NCBI GenBank assembly: GCA_029907305.1
Contig: JARYMC010000001.1
Span: 1-38,526, forward strand
Direction: 5' to 3'
Source: Thermoplasmatota archaeon
GTDB taxonomy: Archaea > Thermoplasmatota > E2 > DHVEG-1
Length of the DNA: 38,526 nt
How positions within the stretch are numbered: position 1 is the first letter of the stretch; the number at the start of each line of letters is the position of its first letter. The translations under genes were made by a program, and so were the position numbers. Positions 1 to 7,358 of this stretch are shown here, piece by piece. The notes beneath the pieces are model-generated. The model was not told the DNA's origin and ran no database searches. It saw only the letters and a list, made by a program, of their open reading frames with translations.

Positions 1-1
1 G

Positions 2-610
2 GCAAACAAGTTCAACCCAGATAACACAAACAAAGAAGACTTCAAAATAAACCAGGATGAAACGATCAAGGTAGACATGATGCACCTCACAGGCATAAAA
101 TTCAACTACACAGAAACCAGTGAGCTACAAATACTAAAAATGCCATACAAGGGAAACGACCTATCAATGATAATAATATTACCAAAAGAAAACAACATCA
201 CCCTAGCTGAGTCAGAGCTGAACCACGCAAACCTAGTAAACTGGATCAACAACCTAGAAGAAACAGAGATAAACATAAACATACCAAAATTCAAATTCGA
301 AACAGAATACAACCTAAACAACATCCTAATTGACATGGGGATGAAAGACGCATTCACACCAGACATCGCAGATTTCTCAGGGATGGATGGAACAAAATAT
401 TTGTACATAAGCAATGTTTTACACAAAGCATTCGTAGAGGTAAACGAAGAAGGAACAGAAGCAGCAGCAGCCACAGGCGTCATAGTAGTAACAAAAGCTA
501 TCGATAAAACATTTAACGCAGACCACCCATTCATATTTTTAATTCAACACGAAGAAACAGGTGCGATAATATTTATGGGAAAAATCATGAAACCAACAAC
601 AGCGGAATAA
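2..610 (+). CDS. Serpin (serine protease inhibitor), C-terminal part; N-terminus lies upstream of the window
   Basis: Frame is open from the window edge (ANKFNPDNT...). Serpin hinge/reactive-centre loop 'EVNEEGTEAAAATGVIVVTKAIDK' is followed by 'FNADHPFIFLIQHEETGAIIFMGK'. Counting from the hinge places Lys at P1. Confidence 0.85.
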   Translation, partial: ANKFNPDNTNKEDFKINQDETIKVDMMHLTGIKFNYTETSELQILKMPYKGNDLSMIIILPKENNITLAESELNHANLVNWINNLEETEININIPKFKFETEYNLNNILIDMGMKDAFTPDIADFSGMDGTKYLYISNVLHKAFVEVNEEGTEAAAATGVIVVTKAIDKTFNADHPFIFLIQHEETGAIIFMGKIMKPTTAE

Positions 611-625
611 AAAAAAGTTTTTTTT
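609..625. terminator. A8-G-T8 palindrome between convergent genes (candidate bidirectional oligo-T terminator)
   Basis: 'aaaaaaaagtttttttt' lies exactly between the serpin stop (610) and the HAD gene stop (628). Oligo-T tracts are archaeal termination signals. Confidence 0.35.
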
Positions 626-627
626 GG

Positions 628-1368
628 TTACAGAAAACGTTCAATAAAAGGCAAAACCTTGGTGAGATCCCTTGACTCAACAACATAATCAGCAGCTTTG
701 CGTACACAATCATCCCCGGGGTTAAAAGCTATACCAACACCACAAACCTCAAACATGGGTATATCAAAACAAGAGTTACCAACAGCAACAAAATCACCGA
801 GTGGAACCTTACTCAACTCAGAAAGCCTCCTAACACTTTTTTCCTTATACATAAGCCTGACATTCAACAAACCCTCACCAGTAACAAAACCATTCCTATC
901 AGTTTTCAAACCATTAGCAAAAACATAGTCTATACCAGTCTTACTAGCAACACGTCTAGCAAGTATATCAAGACCAGCGCTAACAATAGCAGTCTTAACA
1001 CCATGCTCTCTGAGTGAACCTATGCATTCCCTCGCACCCCTCATAAGAGGAACACCAGACAAGATCTCAACAAGCATATCAAAACTAACAGGTTTACCAT
1101 CAACACGCCAGAGAGAAACATCCCTTCTTATAAACTCCAAATCATCAATCTCACCCCTAAGATAAGCATCCACTGATCTATCATTTGAGCTACCAAAAAA
1201 ATCATGGACATACCTCCATGAACTAATAGTATCAGTGAGTACACCATCCATGTCAAAAACCACTAGTTTTATTTTACCAGGTTTCTTCTTGTTAACACTA
1301 TTAAACCCCCTAGTTCTCCTATAACAATGATACCTACACTTCTGATCCATCAGAGTGGACACATACAA
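628..1368 (-). CDS. HAD-superfamily phosphatase (phosphoserine-phosphatase-like, HAD-IB)
   Basis: Motif I 'VVFDMDGVLTD', 'TAIVSAGLD', and a motif IV-like 'AVGNSCFDIPMF'. True start is uncertain (ATGs at aa 1 and 7). Confidence 0.75.
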   Translation of the reverse strand: MYVSTLMDQKCRYHCYRRTRGFNSVNKKKPGKIKLVVFDMDGVLTDTISSWRYVHDFFGSSNDRSVDAYLRGEIDDLEFIRRDVSLWRVDGKPVSFDMLVEILSGVPLMRGARECIGSLREHGVKTAIVSAGLDILARRVASKTGIDYVFANGLKTDRNGFVTGEGLLNVRLMYKEKSVRRLSELSKVPLGDFVAVGNSCFDIPMFEVCGVGIAFNPGDDCVRKAADYVVESRDLTKVLPFIERFL

Positions 1369-1496
1369 AAACTGTTATAATAACTTTTATAGATCCCCCT
1401 CATCGAACCCAGCCATAAGGTAAACATTTATAAACCAATAAATATATTATTATATTTGGGTTTTAAAATTATATGAAAAGGGGGTTATAAGATTAT

Positions 1497-2912
1497 ATGA
1501 AAAAACATAACCTAAAAAAAACCATGGTTTTAACCATAGTCACATTATTTTTAACACTCACCTTAACACCAGCTGTGAACTCAGCAAACACAGATGATAT
1601 AGCAGAACAAACAAACGATGAACAACAAAACTATAAACTACTAATAATAACACCAAAAAAATTTGTTAGATCACTAAAACCCTTGATAAACCATAAAAAC
1701 AGCGTCGGCGTACCAACAAAAATTGTTACACTAGACCAGGTGTACAAACAAATAGGGAACCAAGGGCGAGACAAACCAGAGAAAATAAAATACTACATAA
1801 AAAATGCTGTTGAAACATGGGGGATCAAATACGTTATGCTAGTAGGCAACTTCAGGCAGATGCCAATAAGGTATGTTTACAACGATGAACCATGGCCTGT
1901 TTTCCCTGAACCCTGTTTCATCTCAGAGTTGTACTACGCTGACATATATGACAAAAACGGTAATTTCTCAAGCTGGAATTCAAATGATAACGATAAATTC
2001 GGGGAATGGAAAGGGGATGAGGCACAAGACAGGGACATAGATCTTTACCCAGATGTCTATGTTGGTAGGCTAGCATGTAGGACAAACCTTGAAGTAAATA
2101 TCATGGTAAACAAAATTATAACATATGAGATAACAACATATGGTAAAGAATGGTTTAAAACAATGGTTGTAGTCGCAGGTGACACCTACCCACCAGGTTC
2201 ATACAATTTTTCAACAGATCCTTTCGAAGGAGAAGAAAACACAAAGACTGCTCTGAGCTACATGTCTGGTTTCAAAAATGTTACACTATGGACATCAACC
2301 GGTACATTAACAGGTCCAAAGGATGTGATAAACGCTGTAAACAATGGCTGTGGTTTCCTGTTTTTTGATGGACACGGCAACCCTGGTATATGGAGTACGC
2401 ATCCACCAAATGACAAAAAAAACTGGACAAACGGGTTATTAAAAACTGATATTAGTAAACTGAAAAACAAAAACATGTACCCGATTTGTGTTGTTGGTGG
2501 TTGTCATAACAGCCAGTTTGATGTAGCGTTAACAAACCTGCTGAAATACGGGAAAAAAGCAATTTATTACTCAACCTGGTTACCAGAGTGCTGGAGTTGG
2601 AAGATGACATGTAAAATAGCTGGTGGGAGCATAGCAACCATTGGTAACACAGGACTTGGTATGACAAAAGAGGATAAAACCAGTCAATCAGGAGCAAGTG
2701 ATTTCCTGGACTCACAGTTCTTCTATGAATACGGTATAAACGGAACCGATATACTTGGTGAGGTATGGGGAAAAGCTATAACAAACTACCTAAACAACTA
2801 CCCGATAAACTGGTCAACACCAGCAGGCTGGGATTATGCGTATGATGCGAAAACAGTGCAACAATGGACACTGTTTGGTGACCCTAGCCTGAAGATAGGT
2901 GGGTACTCATAA
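1497..2912 (+). CDS. Secreted peptidase, C25 (gingipain)-like family
   Basis: N-terminal signal peptide (MKKHNLKKTMVLTIVTLFLTLTLTPAVNSA). C25-like pattern 'YKLLIITPKKF..LKPLINHK', 'KYVMLVGN', 'YPDVYVGRL', 'FFDGHGNPG', 'VVGGCHNSQF'. Confidence 0.5.
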   Translation: MKKHNLKKTMVLTIVTLFLTLTLTPAVNSANTDDIAEQTNDEQQNYKLLIITPKKFVRSLKPLINHKNSVGVPTKIVTLDQVYKQIGNQGRDKPEKIKYYIKNAVETWGIKYVMLVGNFRQMPIRYVYNDEPWPVFPEPCFISELYYADIYDKNGNFSSWNSNDNDKFGEWKGDEAQDRDIDLYPDVYVGRLACRTNLEVNIMVNKIITYEITTYGKEWFKTMVVVAGDTYPPGSYNFSTDPFEGEENTKTALSYMSGFKNVTLWTSTGTLTGPKDVINAVNNGCGFLFFDGHGNPGIWSTHPPNDKKNWTNGLLKTDISKLKNKNMYPICVVGGCHNSQFDVALTNLLKYGKKAIYYSTWLPECWSWKMTCKIAGGSIATIGNTGLGMTKEDKTSQSGASDFLDSQFFYEYGINGTDILGEVWGKAITNYLNNYPINWSTPAGWDYAYDAKTVQQWTLFGDPSLKIGGYS

Positions 2913-2974
2913 CAAAAAGAATTTATTTAGTCAATCTAAAACTCTGCTCTTACTCATTTTTTTTTTGATTGTAG

Positions 2975-3919
2975 AAAAAAATATTTCAACATCAGCCTCA
3001 AACAAAAAAGAGTATTTTTTCAAAAGAAAAAAGAGAATATTTTAAAAAATGGTTATCACCGCGCGTTAAAGAATTAAGATACAGTCTACATCTAATTAGA
3101 CAAAGCCCCCTCGCAATTGTTGGGATTATAATTATTCTTATACTTGTTCTTACAGCAATATTAGCCCCATTTATCAGCCCATATGGCCCTGAGGAACACA
3201 TATGGGGTGAAAGTAAACAACCGCCGAGTTGGAAACACCTTTTTGGAACTGATGAAACCGGTGGAGATGTTTTCACAAAGGTTTTATGGGGTGCCAGAAT
3301 CTCTATAGAAATTGGTTTAATTGTTGTATTAGGTGGTCTGGGTTTAGGAATAATACTTGGTGCTTTTGCTGGATACTATGGTGGATATATAGATGAATTT
3401 ATTATGAGAATTACAGACATCTTTCTCTCAATCCCATATCTAATCCTTGTGATGGGGTAGGCAGCGATCCTTGGGAAAAGTATCGAAAACGTTATGATAG
3501 CAATGATTGTTGTTTGGTGGCCAGCTTATACTCGTTTAGTTCGAGGGCAAATTCTCTCTGTAAGAGAAAACCAATATGTAGAAGCAGCTAAATCTGTAGG
3601 GGCTGGAGACACTAGAATTATCTTTAGGCATATTTTACCAAATTCTATGGCACCACTTATTGTTCAAACAACCATGGATCTTGGTAATGCAATTCTTACT
3701 GCTGCTGGATTAAGTTTTTTAGGTTTCGGGGCTGGACCAGGAGCTGCTGAATGTGGTAGAATGGTTTCAGATTCAAGAAATTATTTTATGAACTATCCTT
3801 GGATGATGATATCCCCTGGACTTGCTATATTCATCACAGTGTTAGGTTTTAATTTATTAGGTGACGGACTTAGAGACATTCTGGATCCAGGGTTAAGAAG
3901 AGGAGGAGGAAAAACATAA
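2975..3919 (+). pseudogene. oppC: Oligopeptide/dipeptide ABC permease (OppC/DppC type), disrupted
   Basis: One continuous permease frame ('LAPFISPYGPEE', 'LFGTDETGGDVF', 'EAAKSVGAGDTRIIFRHILPN') carries an in-frame TAG at 3458-3460. There is no ATG/GTG/TTG before the first TM segment after the upstream stop at 2972-2974. No oppA/oppB partner is present. Confidence 0.8.
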
Positions 3920-4958
3920 CAACAGAGCCGCTTCTTTCAGTAAAAAACCTCAAAGTGTATTTCGAAACCTATGAAGGAACTGTGAAAGCTTTAGAAGATG
4001 TTAGTTTTGAGATACATCCTGGGGGAAACCATTGGACTGGTTGGTGAAACAGGATGCGGGAAAAGTGTCACTGCTCTTGCTGTCATGCGTTTAATACCTG
4101 ACCCTCCTGGTAAAATTGTTAGTGGTGAAATACGATTTAACAATGAAAATCTCCTATTAAAAAGCAACGAAGAAATGCAACATATAAGAGGAAAAGACAT
4201 CTCAATGATTTTCCAAGAACCTATGACTGCGTTAAACCCAACTTATACTACTGGAGATCAAATAGCCGAGGTTATTTTATTGCATGAGGCATTAGAAGGT
4301 GATGGAAAAAAACCTTTTGGTAGATTGAGTCTCATCAAAAAAAGACAGCAACAGAAAAAAGCAAAAAAGATAGCGTTGGAAAAAGCGATCGAAGCACTGA
4401 AAATGGTTAAAATACCAAATGCTGAACAAGTAGCGAAACAGTATCCTCATGAGTTAAGCGGAGGGCAGCGACAAAGAATCGGCATTGCACGTGCCCTCGC
4501 TTTAAATCCAGATTTCATTATACTGGATGAACCAACTTCAGCATTAGATGTTTCAGTTCAAGCATAAATTCTCAATTTGTTAAAAGATCTCCAGAAAAAA
4601 TTTGGGTTAACCTATTTATTCATCACCCATAATTTAAGTGTAATCAAACATATCAGTGACAGGATAGCTATAATGTACGCAGGGAAAATCGTTGAACTAG
4701 CGCCAACACAAGAAATATTCAAAGAACCTATACATCCTTACACTAAAGCTTTGCTTTCAGCAATTCCTATCTCAGATCCTCTTTTAAAAAGAAAATTTAT
4801 TCCCTTGAAAGGAGAAGTCCCTAGTCTTGTGAACCCCCTCTGGTTGTAGATTCCATCCCAGATGCGACCATGCGACCCAGCAATGTTCAAAAGTTGAACC
4901 GGTTTTAAAGGAAGTAAAAAAAGACCATTATGTAGCGTGTTTACCCAATGAAACTTAG
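3916..4958 (+). pseudogene. oppD: Oligopeptide ABC transporter ATPase (OppD/F type), multiply disrupted
   Basis: N-terminus '[34 protein letters not shown]' has ATA where ATG is expected (3916). Lesions are a frameshift in the G5 run at 4021-4025 before Walker A 'GETGCGKS', an in-frame TAA at 4565-4567 ('[15 protein letters not shown]'), and a frameshift in the C5 run at 4834-4838 before '[10 protein letters not shown]'. Final stop is at 4956-4958. Confidence 0.8.
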
Positions 4959-5145
4959 ATATCTCTTCATTAGACAAAATCTTTCAAAAAAAGAACCTTT
5001 CTGTTCTCAAAATAAAAAACAAACTCCAAGAAAAAAATCACACACAGGTTCACTATATAGGACTATGCATTATCTTTTAAAAAGAAGACGTGAAAATATC
5101 TTAAAAAGTATGATGCGACCATTGTAATAGGAAGTACTAAAATCC

Positions 5146-5340
5146 ATGTTTTTTGTTTTTGCATTGCTGATTGATACACTCATTCCACTTGAGATAATAA
5201 GGGTATTATCATCACATTGGGGGTACATTATTGCCTTACTTATCTTAGCTATATTCTTGTATGTTGAGATAAAAATTTACAGCTCATTTTGGGGTAAAAA
5301 TGGTCGTTTGTCTCTTGAAAAATACAAAGAAAACAGATAA
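5146..5340 (+). CDS. Hypothetical small membrane protein
   Basis: 64-aa ORF with two hydrophobic stretches. No recognisable family. Confidence 0.2.
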   Translation: MFFVFALLIDTLIPLEIIRVLSSHWGYIIALLILAIFLYVEIKIYSSFWGKNGRLSLEKYKENR

Positions 5341-5363
5341 AAAAAGTTAGAAAAAAAAATTAT

Positions 5364-5528
5364 TTATTGTTTTTTCCTAGCCCAGTTATAATGTCTCAAC
5401 TTACTTGACTCGCCGAAACCACAAGAAGAGCATCTCCTCTTCTGCATATGAAAAGAATGCTTGCCGCATCTTCTACAAATCGTATGGGTTTTTTTGCCGC
5501 CAAAATGGGATGATGTTCCTTTCGTCAT
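5364..5528 (-). CDS. rpl37e: 50S ribosomal protein L37e
   Basis: Not in the ORF track (54 aa). My translation is [54 protein letters not shown], with the C4 zinc ribbon typical of L37e. It sits downstream of the LSm gene, as in many archaea. Confidence 0.9.
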   Translation of the reverse strand: MTKGTSSHFGGKKTHTICRRCGKHSFHMQKRRCSSCGFGESSKLRHYNWARKKQ

Positions 5529-5543
5529 AAATCAAACCTCATT

Positions 5544-5762
5544 TCATGGGGATATATAGATTATGTTGTCCCCTCTAACAATAATTGTATCATGTTTCTT
5601 AACTAATTCACCGTTCACTATCTCATCAGCTTTTTTGAGAACAAGGTTCATATGAGGGACATCATAGCCATCAAGGATACCATGATATCCTCTTCCGCCT
5701 CTAAGCTCCACGATGACACGGTTGTTTAAACTAGCATGCAGTATCTTAAGTGGTTTTTCCAT
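5544..5762 (-). CDS. Sm-like (LSm) RNA-binding protein
   Basis: 'MEKPLKILHASLNNRVIVELRGGRGYHGILDGYDVPHMNLVL...IIVRGDNIIYISP' carries the Sm1/Sm2 motifs. I prefer the ATG at 5762 over the longer track ORF (5816). Confidence 0.85.
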   Translation of the reverse strand: MEKPLKILHASLNNRVIVELRGGRGYHGILDGYDVPHMNLVLKKADEIVNGELVKKHDTIIVRGDNIIYISP

Positions 5763-5870
5763 AAAGCTACCTAGGAAACACGAAATAAACATCGTGTTTA
5801 TAAGGATTTGGGACAAACAAAAAAAAAATGTTGGGTAACATTAAAAAACAAAAAAGAACTAACATGTCTG

Positions 5871-6368
5871 ATGCTGATAAAAGTAAAAAACAGACACACC
5901 CTTAGAAGAAAAGAAGTTAGAGAACTAATAAATAAAATCAGGGAAAACTACAACCACAGTTTTTTTGAAGAAAAATCAAACGTTGAAACAGGTGAGGTAG
6001 AGGGATACAAACTGGTTTTTGTTGAAAACAAACCAGTTTTTATGTTCCATGAAAAACAGATGGTTTTTACACTAAACGGTATTAATAAATTTAGGCCACA
6101 AGAAAAATTTGTAGTAGTTGACATGGGCGCTGTCAGTTTTGTCACAAGCGGGGCAGACGTTATGGCACCAGGAGTAGTTGATGCTGATAAAGGGATTTCC
6201 GAGGGTGATCCTGTTTGGGTGTGCGATGAGAAACACAAAAAACCCCTAGCGGTAGGTTTCGCTTTGATGAACAGTGAACAGATGATAAAAGAAGAGAAAG
6301 GAAAAGCAGTGAAAGTGGTTCATTACGTTGGTGACAGGCTGTGGAATCTTATCTCCAAAAGTTTATAA
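5871..6368 (+). CDS. PUA-domain RNA-binding protein
   Basis: C-terminal PUA-like segment 'VVVDMGAVSFVTSGADVMAPGVVDADKGISEGDPVWVCDEKHKKPLAVGFALM'. The ATG at 5871 is preferred over the TTG at 5808. Confidence 0.65.
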   Translation: MLIKVKNRHTLRRKEVRELINKIRENYNHSFFEEKSNVETGEVEGYKLVFVENKPVFMFHEKQMVFTLNGINKFRPQEKFVVVDMGAVSFVTSGADVMAPGVVDADKGISEGDPVWVCDEKHKKPLAVGFALMNSEQMIKEEKGKAVKVVHYVGDRLWNLISKSL

Positions 6369-6409
6369 ACACAAATATATTTTAGAGTAATGGTTAAAAT
6401 AATCAGGAG

Positions 6410-6790
6410 ATGAAAACCGGTATGGGAATTGTCAATAAGATTTGGGGTGATAAAAAATCAGGTGATGTTGGAGGATATATTGATCTAGAGAAATATGTGG
6501 AATCAACTGAAACACCACAGCCAGCAAAAATGTATGTGAGGGTTGGTGAGATACAGAGGTATGAGGATTTAAAAGAGCTCACAGATTATGTTTACGGCGG
6601 GAATGTTTTAATACTTGATTTCGCTGCTATAGCCGAGGAAGAGGTTATTCTAAAAAGGATAACAAATGACCTAAAAAAACTTGTTTCTGAGATAAATGGT
6701 GACATCGCAGGGATTGGGAATAACTTGATGATTGTTTCTCCATCTGGTGTGAAAATAGATAGAAGGAAAATACGTGGGAGATACGCTTAA
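6410..6790 (+). CDS. sepF: Cell-division protein SepF-like (DUF552)
   Basis: ~125 aa. Core 'YVRVGEIQRYEDLKELTDYVYGGNVLILDF...LKRITNDLKKLVSEINGDIAGIGNNLMIVSPSGVKI' matches the SepF pattern. Confidence 0.7.
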   Translation: MKTGMGIVNKIWGDKKSGDVGGYIDLEKYVESTETPQPAKMYVRVGEIQRYEDLKELTDYVYGGNVLILDFAAIAEEEVILKRITNDLKKLVSEINGDIAGIGNNLMIVSPSGVKIDRRKIRGRYA

Positions 6791-6820
6791 AAAAAAATTT
6801 TAGTTTTCTTAATTCTTTCA

Positions 6821-6881
6821 CAAAAAAACCTTCTTTTTTTTTCTTTACTCCTTTTTTTTACCAAAAAAAACTTTTTTTTTT
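6821..6881. terminator. Two A-tract/T-tract palindromes (candidate bidirectional terminators)
   Basis: 'caaaaaaaccttcttttttttt' (6821-6842) and 'ccaaaaaaaactttttttttt' (6861-6881) lie between sepF and the convergent tRNA. Confidence 0.3.
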
Positions 6882-7085
6882 CTAGTCTGCCCCTTTTATC
6901 CTAATGTTTTTTTTTTAAATAAAAAGGTGGGGGGAATCTGGGTTATGTGGATGGTAAGATGAAAGGAAGAAATAAAAACTCCAGATCCCTCTAAGTTATA
7001 CTTTGTAGAATGTAATATATATAGTTATCGTGTAAAATTATCTTTTTGAAAAAAAACACACACACAAAAAAAAAACCAAGAAAAA

Positions 7086-7157
7086 CGGACCCACGGGGAT
7101 TCGAACCCCGGTATCCGGCTCCGAAGGCCGGAAGGATATCCACTACCTCATGGGCCC
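7086..7157 (-). tRNA. tRNA-Arg (anticodon UCG)
   Basis: Reverse complement is GGGCCCAUGAGGUAGUGGAUAUCCUUCCGGCCUUCGGAGCCGGAUACCGGGGUUCGAAUCCCCGUGGGUCCG. It has a 7-bp acceptor stem (one G-U), an anticodon stem CCGGC/GCCGG with loop CUUCGGA, and a T-arm CGGGG-UUCGAAU-CCCCG. No encoded CCA. Confidence 0.85.
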
Positions 7158-7358
7158 TTATATAAAATTCTCAGAAGCACAATTACCACATACTGATATA
7201 AACTTGTCTAAAAAAAATTATTCAACACCAACTAATAAAAGAAAGATATAAATAGACATAAAATATATCAAACCAAGCGGATGAGATGCATACATAGAAG
7301 TTGAAAATGTTAGTTATATTTAGATTAAACTAAACAAAGTCTTAAAGATGTAACAGGG

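Noticed and set aside
3458-3460. In-frame TAG in oppC as a pyrrolysine codon
   Set aside because: The gene also lacks a start codon. Its neighbour carries a TAA nonsense codon and two frameshifts. No pyl genes are visible. Decay is the simpler explanation.
6932-6989. Possible structured small RNA: 'gggaatctgg' pairing with 'ccagatccc' across a ~40-nt loop
   Set aside because: It is a single imperfect 9-bp stem in AT-rich DNA with no further conserved structure or recognisable RNA-family motifs. That is too weak to call.
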